NCBI GenBank assembly: GCA_001818315.1
Contig: MHKF01000012.1
Location: 194,080-249,148 of the forward strand
Length of the DNA stretch: 55,069 nucleotides
Source: Candidatus Kerfeldbacteria bacterium RIFCSPLOWO2_02_FULL_42_19
GTDB lineage: Bacteria; Patescibacteriota; Patescibacteriia; HO2-48-17
Direction: 5' to 3'
Under the pieces are notes generated by a model. That model made no database searches. It was not told where the DNA came from and saw nothing but the letters and a program-made list of their open reading frames with translations. A program made the position numbers and the translations under genes. Position 1 is the stretch's first letter; every line of letters begins with the position of its first letter. Positions 8,880 through 18,243 of the stretch are shown piece after piece.

Positions 8880-10052
8880 ATGCCAAACGATTCTGAAAAT
8901 ATTCAAAAAGCCCCCTCCCAGGGCGGCGCTAAAAAGTTTTTTTCGGTTTTGTTTCTTTTGTTGTTTCTTTTTCTCGGTCCCTCTGTACTGTATGCGACTC
9001 TCGTTCAGCGCACATTATTGAATGCTACCGGAATCAAATCCCAACTGCGAAAGGCACAAATTGGGGAACGCTTCCCACAGCTCGCTGCTGATTTTTTTGC
9101 GGCTACCCCTTCACAGATCCCTGATGATACTCTAGAAGGAATTTCTAAAAATACTTCGTTTCCTATACAAGATCCTTTTCTTCCTTTTGGCGGACGGCAG
9201 CAGTTTGAAGAAAAACTCAGTCAGATTTTACCCCCGCACGACGTATATGTATTTTTGGATAATATCGTTGATACGACATTTGCGTGGTGGGATAGCGGTC
9301 AGCCTCTTGAATCCATTCCATTGGTATTATCTTTTTCGAGTATTAAAGAGCGATTGAAACCCGTTGTGATCAGTTCACTTGAAAGTCATATCAATAACTT
9401 GCCAGTGTGTACTCCAGAAGAACTTGCACAGATGGGGTTGCAGAATGAAGGTGATCTCCCGAATGTTTTTTCTATGGCGTGCCGGCCAGAGGGTTTTACT
9501 TTGGATAATCTCGAACAGCAGGGCATTTCTAAAGATCAACTTGCTCAGATGGCACTGATTTCGATTTATGATAAAGTCGATGTCGGACTGCTGCTTTCTG
9601 ATGCGGCGCAAGCTGATCCAGAGCAATTTGAACAATTCAATGTGTTGATTACACAAATGCGTCAAGCGTTCGATACTGCTGCGCTAGTTTTGCTCTTCTT
9701 GCAAATTTTTACAGGATTTTGTTTTCTGATGATTCTTATTTTGAATTTTTCTTCCCTTACTTCATTACTTCGCTACGCAGGTTGGGCTTTATTTTTATGT
9801 GGATTGTTCATTCTCGCACAGGCGGGGTTCTTATACTTTTTTCCAGATGCGATGACAATTGCTACTTCTGGAACTCCTGAACTCGAACAGTTTGCTGATA
9901 TTCTCCCTGAGGTCATTCATACAGTTTTTTGGTCCATTATTCGACCAGCGCTTTTTGTGGGCACACCTCTCTTTTTAGTAGGAATTATATTGCTTATTGT
10001 CCGACATTTTGCATCTTCTGCAAAGCCAGTTGAAACGAAAATCCAGGCTTAA
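8880..10052 (+). CDS. hypothetical polytopic membrane protein
   Basis: 390 aa. One N-terminal TM helix, a soluble middle part and about 4 C-terminal TM helices. Confidence 0.55.
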   Translation: MPNDSENIQKAPSQGGAKKFFSVLFLLLFLFLGPSVLYATLVQRTLLNATGIKSQLRKAQIGERFPQLAADFFAATPSQIPDDTLEGISKNTSFPIQDPFLPFGGRQQFEEKLSQILPPHDVYVFLDNIVDTTFAWWDSGQPLESIPLVLSFSSIKERLKPVVISSLESHINNLPVCTPEELAQMGLQNEGDLPNVFSMACRPEGFTLDNLEQQGISKDQLAQMALISIYDKVDVGLLLSDAAQADPEQFEQFNVLITQMRQAFDTAALVLLFLQIFTGFCFLMILILNFSSLTSLLRYAGWALFLCGLFILAQAGFLYFFPDAMTIATSGTPELEQFADILPEVIHTVFWSIIRPALFVGTPLFLVGIILLIVRHFASSAKPVETKIQA

Positions 10053-10192
10053 TTCTTGACGGCTTTCACGCAGGATGTTATAAAGGGCTGTGTTCTTTGA
10101 TTTTTTGAGATTCTTACAAAGCGAGGTTTTGGGCATTTGTTACAAACACGTAGAGAGCTCGCAGGCTTTCTATGAAAACAGGAGGCAGTTTC

Positions 10193-12073
10193 ATGAAGGC
10201 ATTTGTTGGAATAGTACTTGTGTTTGCGTCTTTCTTTCAGATCGACGTGATGTACACGGGTCAACCGTTGTGGTTGCTCTGGGGTAATTCGGAGTACATT
10301 CGTTACGATTCTGAAGCGCATGTTTGGATGAATCACAATCCTGAGATCGAAACACTATTTCGGGTACTTGATCTCTACGATCGTGTGCAGAAGCATACGC
10401 TGCCTGAGCGTGTGCCAGAGAAGAAAGAGGTCAAAATCACATTCAACCCTCGTAGCTGGATTTCCGAGAATCCGATGGAGGACATTCAGGTTGCGATGAC
10501 CTGCGCAGTAGCAGTGCCGAATCGGAGACTCAAGCTCATCAATGTTGAGCAATCGATCAATGAGCTCGGAGCGGCAGAGAATATGCAACATCGACTTTGG
10601 CCGCATCTCGGATTGCTTTTTGTTGGTACGGTCGCTGACGAAGAAGGTTGGGAAGTTGTGCTCTATGACGAGCTCATTCAAGGCTATGTTGATTTGGAGC
10701 GGTTCGTTCAGTCGGGAGATGTTGTCGGTTTGAGCTTGGTAGTGACCGGCATGGATCGCGGCATTGAGTTAGCGCGGCAGGCGAAGCGTTTCGGCGCAAG
10801 CTACTGTATAGCTGGGAACGATTCAGCAATCTTTAGAGCGGATCAACTACTCCAGCTTCCTGATCATCCGATTGATGCTGTGTTCACGACCAATAGCCTT
10901 GGAGCTATTCGTCAGTTTTTGCGACACGTCGGTTCGGTGAAGCTTTGCAACCTTGAGATACCGGGTGTTGCGGTTGTTCCGACTGGAGTGAATTTGTCGA
11001 ACGAACGTTCGGTGATTCAGGCGCAACGTGCAATGCAACAGCAACTTCGTCTGCAGGGAGTCTTCGATCCGCATGACGTGTTTGTAGTGCCAAAACTCGA
11101 CCTCTTCAGCACAGAGTATTGGCAGAAGGTGTGGAGTAATTACCGTACGATCTTCAGTCACAAACATATCAATCCGGCAGAAGTCCGCAATGCGCTTGCG
11201 CTTTTCGCACAAGGGTGCACGCGTACCGGCACGGCCGATGTGTGTTCGTACTGTACGATCGCAGGTGTTGCAGACATTCGCATGCCGATGACCGAGTACC
11301 TGAAGCGATTGTTGGAGACGTATCAGTCCTTCGGGATCAATTACGTTTTCAACGCTACGGACTCAGTGTTCGAGATGCGTTCTGTCGCTATCGATCTCAA
11401 GAGCCTTGGTGCTTTCTTTCCAGAAGGAATCATGCTTTATGGCCGTGCATGGGGTTTAGCGCATCATCCTGAACTCATTCACGAGTGGCTTTCGCTCACG
11501 GGAGGACGGCTTCTTATTAATGTCGGGATGGACTCTGGCGACGAGCGCATTCTTGAACGCGGTGTGATGAAAGCCTCGCAGTTTGGATCGCGTCTCGAAG
11601 AAAATCGGCAGGCGATACGGAACGTTGCTGCAGCCGGAGCACATTTGCACTATTCACTTGTTTTCGGTTCACCCGGAGAAACGCGCGAGACGTGTGAGAA
11701 GTCGCTGGAGTTCTTCGAATGGACGCGTTCGGTGCTTCGTGGGCAGCTTGATCAGTGTGAAGCAGACATCTACTGGCTGAATCACGGATCTCCGGCGAGT
11801 CGCGTCTTTCATGACTATGGATACGCACAGCAACTCGCGTCTCTTGCGGACAAGGAGATATCGTTCGAAACGTGGGAGCACTGTTTCCATCGTCATCGTG
11901 ATTCTCTTGCAGTTCCATGGGAATGCGAAGAGGCGTGGTACGATCATTTCACCTCGATAACCGTCGAAGAAGCGCAGAAGTGCAACGCCCAAGTTTCACG
12001 TGCGATGACTGCACACGAAGGTGCGGCACCAGGTCGTCCGGATATGTTTCGCACAGCCTTTCGACCGAGCTGA
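10193..12073 (+). CDS. B12-binding-domain radical SAM (class B-like) enzyme
   Basis: Start placed at the ATG at 10193, 7 nt after AGGAGG at 10180-10185; the track start is 10172. An N-terminal Rossmann-like segment (GLLFVGTVADEEGWEVVLYDE...VVGLSL) is followed by a Cys triad CTRTGTADVCSYC, then INVGMDSGDERILERGV and VFGSPGETRETC, which are typical of B12-rSAM cores. Confidence 0.65.
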   Translation: MKAFVGIVLVFASFFQIDVMYTGQPLWLLWGNSEYIRYDSEAHVWMNHNPEIETLFRVLDLYDRVQKHTLPERVPEKKEVKITFNPRSWISENPMEDIQVAMTCAVAVPNRRLKLINVEQSINELGAAENMQHRLWPHLGLLFVGTVADEEGWEVVLYDELIQGYVDLERFVQSGDVVGLSLVVTGMDRGIELARQAKRFGASYCIAGNDSAIFRADQLLQLPDHPIDAVFTTNSLGAIRQFLRHVGSVKLCNLEIPGVAVVPTGVNLSNERSVIQAQRAMQQQLRLQGVFDPHDVFVVPKLDLFSTEYWQKVWSNYRTIFSHKHINPAEVRNALALFAQGCTRTGTADVCSYCTIAGVADIRMPMTEYLKRLLETYQSFGINYVFNATDSVFEMRSVAIDLKSLGAFFPEGIMLYGRAWGLAHHPELIHEWLSLTGGRLLINVGMDSGDERILERGVMKASQFGSRLEENRQAIRNVAAAGAHLHYSLVFGSPGETRETCEKSLEFFEWTRSVLRGQLDQCEADIYWLNHGSPASRVFHDYGYAQQLASLADKEISFETWEHCFHRHRDSLAVPWECEEAWYDHFTSITVEEAQKCNAQVSRAMTAHEGAAPGRPDMFRTAFRPS

Positions 12074-12129
12074 GTTCGTTTGTTCCACCTTCTATCGTTC
12101 TTTGAATATTCATAGAAATTTTCCTTTCT

Positions 12130-12177
12130 GAGGCTCTCAGACAAATCGTTTTGTTTGAGAGCCTCGTTTGTTTTTTT
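12130..12177 (+). terminator. rho-independent terminator after the radical SAM gene
   Basis: GAGGCTCTCAGACA (12130-12143) pairs with TGTTTGAGAGCCTC (12152-12165), 14 bp with one mismatch, followed by GTTTGTTTTTTT. Confidence 0.7.
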
Positions 12178-12330
12178 ATCACACGCAGTGCGTTTATATG
12201 TAGAACTTATTTTCCCCTACACTCTTGGCGCTCTCCGGGTTATTCATTTTTGTAATTGCAGGTGCGGCTATTTTTGCGGTATACTTATGCTAGATGAAGC
12301 GAGTATTCATTGTGAGATTTGTTTCAATCT

Positions 12331-13098
12331 ATGGGTCGTATTATCGCTGTCGTTAACCAAAAGGGTGGCGTAGGGAAGACTACTACAGCTATAAATTTAG
12401 CCAGTTTTATTGCTTCTTGCGGTAAATTTGTGCTCCTTGTGGATTTAGATCCACAAGGGAACGCTACCTCTGGCCTTGGTTTTGAGTTGCAAAAGATTTC
12501 TCGGGGAGTCTACGAAGTGCTTCTGGGCACCGCAGCATTTCGCGATATTGTGCTTGATACGGCTATTGAAGGATATCGTTTAGCGCCTTCAACGATTGCG
12601 CTTGCGGGCGCTTCGGTGGAACTTGTATCTTTGCCGGAACGAGAATCGCGTCTTGCGTATGCTTTGAAAGAAGTTGATCATGTGTACGATTATATTATTA
12701 TTGATTCCCCGCCCTCACTCGATTTACTTACAGTGAATGGTCTTGTTGCGAGTCGCGAAGTGCTTATTCCCGTACAGGCAGAGTATTATGCCCTTGAGGG
12801 TTTGGGGCAGCTCGTGAATACGATTCGACTCGTACAGGAAAACCTCAATCCTCATTTAGAAGTATTGGGTGCTGTGCTTACGATGTATGATCGCAGGAAT
12901 CGCTTGTCACACGAAGTCTTGCAGGAGATGTATAAGTATTTTCCGAATAAGATTTTTCGTTCGGTCATTCCTCGGGTCATTCGTTTAGCAGAAGCGCCTT
13001 CGCACGGCGTTCCGATTTCACATTATGATCGGCATTCGAAGGGAGCGCGTGCCTATGAAAAACTCACACGCGAAATTCTCGCAACAGAATCTGCGTAA
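12331..13098 (+). CDS. parA: ParA/Soj chromosome-partitioning ATPase
   Basis: MGRIIAVVNQKGGVGKTTTAINLA deviant Walker A motif, and DYIIIDSPPSL. ATG at 12331 is preferred over the TTG at 12319. Confidence 0.9.
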   Translation: MGRIIAVVNQKGGVGKTTTAINLASFIASCGKFVLLVDLDPQGNATSGLGFELQKISRGVYEVLLGTAAFRDIVLDTAIEGYRLAPSTIALAGASVELVSLPERESRLAYALKEVDHVYDYIIIDSPPSLDLLTVNGLVASREVLIPVQAEYYALEGLGQLVNTIRLVQENLNPHLEVLGAVLTMYDRRNRLSHEVLQEMYKYFPNKIFRSVIPRVIRLAEAPSHGVPISHYDRHSKGARAYEKLTREILATESA

Positions 13099-13190
13099 TT
13101 TTCGATATCCACTTTATGCACTACTTTATGCATCTACGATTTAACTTTTTTATCCTTCGCGCACACTTATTGTTTTAATTTTTTCTCATT

Positions 13191-14069
13191 ATGCTTAAAA
13201 AAGGACTTGGTCGGGGTTTAGAATCTCTCATCCCAAAATTACCTAAAAGCAACATTTCCACTCTGACTCTTCAAAGAGATTCAATAGTTTCGAAAGATCA
13301 GATTGCGCATATTGCTACGCATTCTATCAGTCGTAATCCGCATCAGCCGCGTACTCATTTTTCTCCTGAAACTTTGGAAGAACTGAAGAATTCTATTAAA
13401 GAGCATGGCATTTTGATGCCTCTCACTGTGACGCGTCAAGCTGATGGAGGATATGAGCTTATCGCTGGAGAACGGCGTCTGCGTGCCGCACAGGAACTCA
13501 AGATGCAAACAGTGCCGGCTATCGTGCGTAGTGCTTCAGAACTGGAGAAACTCGAACTCGCTTTGATCGAAAATATTCAACGGCAGGATTTGAATGCAAT
13601 AGAAGAAGCTGCAGCGTACCGAAAATTCATTGATGATTTTGGTCTGACGCAAGATCAGGTTGCAAAAAAAGTTGGGAAATCTCGTTCGCAGATTGCCAAC
13701 ATGCTTCGGTATTTGCAATTGCCGACTGAGATTCAGAAAGGGCTTGCAGATGGAATGGTAAGTGAGGGGCATGTGAAAGTTATTCTCGGTCTTAAAAACA
13801 CCGAAGATCAACTTGCATTCTATAGGAAAATCGCAAAACAAAAATTGAGCGTGCGTGATACAGAGATTGAAATACGTAAGGTAAAAGTCGGAAGTTTTAC
13901 CCGACGATTGGTTGTTGATCCCGATCTCCAATCCAAGAAAGAAGCGCTCGAAAAAGCGTTAGGTACGAAAGTGATCATTGAACAGCGAAAAGGAATAGGT
14001 CGGATTGTCGTGCATTTTTATTCACCAGAAGAGTTGGGTAGTCTTGTGCATATCATCACAAAACTTTAA
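13191..14069 (+). CDS. parB: ParB/Spo0J partitioning protein
   Basis: GLGRGLESLIP near the N-terminus, the GERRLRAA box and an HTH region (QDQVAKKVGKSRSQIANMLR). Confidence 0.9.
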   Translation: MLKKGLGRGLESLIPKLPKSNISTLTLQRDSIVSKDQIAHIATHSISRNPHQPRTHFSPETLEELKNSIKEHGILMPLTVTRQADGGYELIAGERRLRAAQELKMQTVPAIVRSASELEKLELALIENIQRQDLNAIEEAAAYRKFIDDFGLTQDQVAKKVGKSRSQIANMLRYLQLPTEIQKGLADGMVSEGHVKVILGLKNTEDQLAFYRKIAKQKLSVRDTEIEIRKVKVGSFTRRLVVDPDLQSKKEALEKALGTKVIIEQRKGIGRIVVHFYSPEELGSLVHIITKL

Positions 14070-14144
14070 ACGAAAATTTTTCACGTAGGATAACTCAAGG
14101 GACTTTCGACGATCACACCTCCGTTTTTAAAAGTGAATTTTCAT

Positions 14145-14236
14145 CATAGCAAAAGAGGATGAAGACGAGAGCTTTCTCAGCACACTGTGCACTGTCAGTG
14201 CTTCGAAAGTTCTCGTCTTTCTCCTCTTTTGCTTTG
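14145..14236. repeat. long imperfect hairpin, diverged copy of the 44715-44804 element
   Basis: Shares the flank TTTCATCATA, the stem base CAAAAGAGGA/TCCTCTTTTG, the apical stem and a near-identical 14-nt loop with the 44.7-kb copy. The mid-stem differs on both arms in a compensatory way. Confidence 0.7.
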
Positions 14237-14245
14237 CACATTGGA

Positions 14246-14274
14246 TAAGAAACGGTATTCAGGGCGACAGTTCC
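14246..14274. repeat. short intergenic repeat, copy 1 (TAAGAAACGGTATTC...)
   Basis: 15-nt exact match plus 10 of the next 12 nt with 27814-27840. Both copies are intergenic. Confidence 0.5.
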
Positions 14275-14347
14275 TTCATGTAGTTATAACTCAATGGATC
14301 GCTACGTCACAGTGTGCAGGTTGTCTAGCAAAAAGAAAAAGTTGTTC

Positions 14348-15838
14348 TTATACAGAAATTGGAGTTCGAACTTTTTGACGTTCACCTTTCTTCAACGCGC
14401 TTTTGATATGGTTCCGTGCACTATTCGTGATGACGAAATTCAGCCAATCAGGAGAGGGGAGTTTTCGATTTTTGTCAGTAAAAATTTCCACGACATCACC
14501 GCTTTTGAGTCTCGTTTTCAGACTCTCTATTTTATCATTAATTTTTACTCCACAGCATTTATCGCCTACATCGGTATGAATTTGGTAAGCAAAGTCGATA
14601 GGTGTTGCACCTTCCGGGAGATCAATCACGTCTCCCATTGGTGTAAATACGAAAATATGATCCTTAAAAATATTCGTTTTGACGGATTCCAGAAAACTTT
14701 CGTCTGATTGTATTTCTTTCTGGAGTTTCACGAGTTCGTCCATCCAACTGAGTTGTTTTTTGATCCATCGCGGTGAAACCTTTTCGTGCTCACTGTATCT
14801 CCAATGAGCTGCGATACCGAATTCAGCCTCATCGTGCATTTTTTTGGTACGTATTTGAAATTCCACAATTTCTCCAAGATCACAAAAAACGGTAGTATGC
14901 AACGATTGATACAGGTTTGGTTTTGGTTGTGCGATATAATCTTTGATTCGTCCTTTGAGCGGTTTCCAGTATTCGTGAATGACACCGAGAATACTATAAC
15001 ATTGTGCTACTTCTTCTACGACGATGCGTAGAGCGACAAGATCATAGATTTTTGTGATATCTCGGTTTTTTCTGAGTGCTTTTTTATAGGTTCGAAAGAG
15101 CCCCTTCGTTCTTCCGTGGATGACTCTATATTTTATATTTTTTTCTTTGAAAATTGTTTCGAGTTTTTTTTGTATTTTCTCAAGATATATTTTTTTCGTC
15201 TCCAACGGACGCGCTATTTTTCTTGTGATCCATTGATATTCTTCAGGGAGTACGTATTGGAATGCAAGATCCTCGATTTGTCCTTTAACATCCCACATAC
15301 CGAGTCGGTTGGCGATAGGAGCGAAAATTTCCATGCTTTCGAGCGCGATGCGATATTGTTTTTTTTCGGGAAGCGCTTGAAGTGTCTGAAGATTGTGGAC
15401 GCGATCGGCAAATTTAATAATAATGACCCGGATATCTTCTGCCATCGCCAGGAACATTTTTCTAAGATTCTCGACATATTTATTTTGTTCTCCACGGCCT
15501 CGGTATTTGAGCGCTCCGAGTTTTGTAATGCCTTCCACGAGTTTTGCAATTCCAACTCCGAAGTTTTTTTGAATGTCGGAAAGACTCGTTTGGGTATCTT
15601 CTGGAACGTCGTGGAGTAGCCCCGCACTTATGGTCTCTATGTCCATACCCCAATAGGCTAACTGACGTGCTGTTTCAAGACTGTGGAAAATATAGTCTTC
15701 TCCGCTCGCACGTTTTTGACCCTCATGAGCTTTCTTGGCAAATTCATACGCATTCCTGATGAGTTGCTCATCGGCATTTGGTCGCTGTGTATGCACTTCC
15801 TTGAGTACTTCTTCAATCGAAGTCAATGGCGTCTTCAT
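14348..15838 (-). CDS. rel: short RelA/SpoT-homolog (HD hydrolase + synthetase + TGS; no C-terminal ZFD/ACT region)
   Basis: HD motif LLHDVPEDT, synthetase region DLVALRIVV...YQSLHTTV, and TGS domain FTPMGDVIDLPEGATPIDFAYQIH. The protein is 496 aa and ends shortly after TGS. Confidence 0.85.
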   Translation of the reverse strand: MKTPLTSIEEVLKEVHTQRPNADEQLIRNAYEFAKKAHEGQKRASGEDYIFHSLETARQLAYWGMDIETISAGLLHDVPEDTQTSLSDIQKNFGVGIAKLVEGITKLGALKYRGRGEQNKYVENLRKMFLAMAEDIRVIIIKFADRVHNLQTLQALPEKKQYRIALESMEIFAPIANRLGMWDVKGQIEDLAFQYVLPEEYQWITRKIARPLETKKIYLEKIQKKLETIFKEKNIKYRVIHGRTKGLFRTYKKALRKNRDITKIYDLVALRIVVEEVAQCYSILGVIHEYWKPLKGRIKDYIAQPKPNLYQSLHTTVFCDLGEIVEFQIRTKKMHDEAEFGIAAHWRYSEHEKVSPRWIKKQLSWMDELVKLQKEIQSDESFLESVKTNIFKDHIFVFTPMGDVIDLPEGATPIDFAYQIHTDVGDKCCGVKINDKIESLKTRLKSGDVVEIFTDKNRKLPSPDWLNFVITNSARNHIKSALKKGERQKVRTPISV

Positions 15839-15884
15839 ACGCTTCTAGTCTAGGAGGATTGTTTGGGAATTGCAAGGGAGCGTT

Positions 15885-18188
15885 CTATTTTTTCGTTTTT
15901 TGTTGTGTATTTTTGCAGGTTTGATTCGAACACACGTAGGTGTTATCTCTTCCAAAGACTATAAGACTTGCGCATGCCGAACATTTTTCACCGGTGGGTT
16001 TGGACCAGAGAGCAAATGTACAGTTCGGGTACGTATTACAGGAATAAAAGGTTCGTCCTTTGCGACTTCGTTTTTCTACTATTTCTCCTTTGCCGCATTG
16101 AGGACATTGAACGCCGGTAGATTTTTCTATCTTTTTGACGTACTTACAATCTGGATATCCTGAACAACCTAAGAATTTTCCAAACCGACCTGTTTTTACA
16201 ACAAGTGCTTTTCCGCATTTTTCGCATGTTTCCCCGGTGTTCTGTGCTTGTTCCGTTTGTTCTTCTTTACTGAACGGTTTTGTATTGCGACATTCGGGGT
16301 ATCCCGTGCAGGCCAGAAATTTTCCAAAACGTCCGAGTTTAATCACCATGGGTTTTCCGCATTTTTCGCATACTTCATCGGTCGCTTGTTCTACAAGATT
16401 TTTTTTATCGATTTCTTTTTCTTTCAGCATAAGATGTTGTTTGAACGGCTCATAGAAATTTTTAATGATTGGCTTCCATTCTTTTTTCCCGTCAGCAATG
16501 GCGTCGAGGTCGTCTTCGAGATTGGCCGTGAATTTGTAATCTACAATGTTGGGAAAATGCTGTACCAGGAGATCATTGACGAGCATGCCTATTTCGGTCG
16601 GTACAAAACGTTTCTCTTCTTTTTGTACATAGCCGCGTTCTATGATCGTGCTGATCGTTGGAGCATACGTAGATGGACGTCCAATTCCGTATTCTTCCAG
16701 CGTTTTTACCAGCATCGCGTCGTTATATCGCGCTAGTGGCTGGGTGAAATGTTGCTCTGCGAGCATTTCTTCAGCAAAAACTGTTTGACTTTTTTCCACT
16801 TTTGGAAGAATTGTCTCTTTATTCGCTTCAGGATAGAGCTTCAGATAGCCATCGAAAGCTATGACGGTACCGGTTGCGCGGAGGATGTATTTTTGTGGTT
16901 GGTCGGCGATATCAATCGATGTGGAACGCAATCTCGCTTCTTGTATTTGCGTAGCGAGTGCCCGACGCCAGATGAGATCATACAGTTTGAATTGCTCTCG
17001 CGTCAGGTAAGGTTGGACATTGTCTGGAGTGTATGTGACTTCTGTAGGACGAATCGCTTCGTGAGCTTCCTGAGCTAATTTTTGTTTTACTTTAAAACGT
17101 CGCGGTGATGTGAGTACGTATGATACACCAAAGTTTTGTTGAATGAATGTGCTCGCTTCCTGCAAGAATTTATCAGCGAGATGCACAGAATCAGTACGCA
17201 TGTAGGTGATGAGTCCTTCAGTGCCACGTTCACCAATACTCACACCCTCGTAGAGCTGCTGTGCTATCATCATGGTCTGTTTCGATGAAAATCCTAAGCG
17301 TTTGTTCGCTTCTTGTTGTAAGGTGCTCGTTGTAAACGGCGGCGCTGGAGATTTTTTTGTTTCTTTTTCCTGGATGTTGTGTATGTGGAATTGCGCTTTG
17401 AGGAGCTCTGTTCGCACTGCTTCTGCTGCTTCTTGATTTTTGAGCGCAAATTTTTCAAGTCTTTTACCGTCTTTTTGTATAAGTGTTGCACGGATTACCT
17501 GTGCCGTTTCTGCGTTGCTTTCATCGGGACTCTTGTGTTTCGTAATCTTTTTTTCTGTCGATCTTCGATCGGATCGGGTTGTTTGAAATACACCTTCAAG
17601 AGACCAATATTCTTGCGCTCTGAATTGTTGAATTTCGCGTTCCCTTTCGACGATCAAACGCACTGCTATTGATTGTACTCTGCCAGCGGAAAGTCCGCGG
17701 CGTATTTTTTTCCATAAAAATGGAGAGAGTTCGTACCCTACGAGTCGATCGAGAATTCGTCTTGCTTGCTGTGCGTTTACGAGATGGAGATCGATCGCGC
17801 GTGGATTTTGGAGTGCTTTCTGAATCGCATCTTTTGTAATCTCATGAAAAACAATGCGTTTTGATGTTTTGGGTTGTATCTTAAAAAGAGTCGCAAGGTG
17901 CCATGCAATACTTTCTCCCTCTCGATCTTCGTCAGTCGCAAAATAGAGTTCCTTCGCGTTCTCAGCAAGTTTTTTAAGATTCTCGATTCTTTTTTTGGCT
18001 GCTTTTGGAATAACATAGGTAGGTTCAAAATCATTTTTCACATCTACGCCCATTTTGCTTTTCGGTAAATCGCGAATGTGTCCAAAAGAAGATTGCACGC
18101 TAAATTCTTTCCCGAGAAATTTTGCAATGGTTTTTGCCTTCGTAGGAGATTCGACGATAATAAAATTTTTTGCCATGGTTTTTTTCAA
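15885..18188 (-). CDS. topA: DNA topoisomerase I
   Basis: TOPRIM start IIVESPTKAKTIAKFLG, the active-site region YMRTDS, and several C-terminal C4 zinc-ribbon repeats (CEKCGKPMV...C). Confidence 0.93.
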   Translation of the reverse strand: MKKTMAKNFIIVESPTKAKTIAKFLGKEFSVQSSFGHIRDLPKSKMGVDVKNDFEPTYVIPKAAKKRIENLKKLAENAKELYFATDEDREGESIAWHLATLFKIQPKTSKRIVFHEITKDAIQKALQNPRAIDLHLVNAQQARRILDRLVGYELSPFLWKKIRRGLSAGRVQSIAVRLIVEREREIQQFRAQEYWSLEGVFQTTRSDRRSTEKKITKHKSPDESNAETAQVIRATLIQKDGKRLEKFALKNQEAAEAVRTELLKAQFHIHNIQEKETKKSPAPPFTTSTLQQEANKRLGFSSKQTMMIAQQLYEGVSIGERGTEGLITYMRTDSVHLADKFLQEASTFIQQNFGVSYVLTSPRRFKVKQKLAQEAHEAIRPTEVTYTPDNVQPYLTREQFKLYDLIWRRALATQIQEARLRSTSIDIADQPQKYILRATGTVIAFDGYLKLYPEANKETILPKVEKSQTVFAEEMLAEQHFTQPLARYNDAMLVKTLEEYGIGRPSTYAPTISTIIERGYVQKEEKRFVPTEIGMLVNDLLVQHFPNIVDYKFTANLEDDLDAIADGKKEWKPIIKNFYEPFKQHLMLKEKEIDKKNLVEQATDEVCEKCGKPMVIKLGRFGKFLACTGYPECRNTKPFSKEEQTEQAQNTGETCEKCGKALVVKTGRFGKFLGCSGYPDCKYVKKIEKSTGVQCPQCGKGEIVEKRSRKGRTFYSCNTYPNCTFALWSKPTGEKCSACASLIVFGRDNTYVCSNQTCKNTQQKTKK

Positions 18189-18243
18189 AAAAGTTTTATA
18201 ACAGTGATATGCAACTCTTTATACTATGCTTTCATTTACTTTG

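Noticed and set aside
11988-12003. parS-like half sites: GTTTCACGTG at 11988-11997 (inside the radical SAM gene), GTTACACGTGAC at 19546-19557, TTTTTCACGTAGG at 14076-14088
   Set aside because: At most 10-11 of 16 positions match TGTTTCACGTGAAACA, and the second half-site is missing in each case.
14294-14707. 137-aa plus-strand ORF, and other ORFs of 60-170 aa antisense to rel, topA, RNR, the giant protein and others
   Set aside because: All lie within, and antisense or out of frame to, strongly supported genes. They lack motifs and are normal shadow ORFs.
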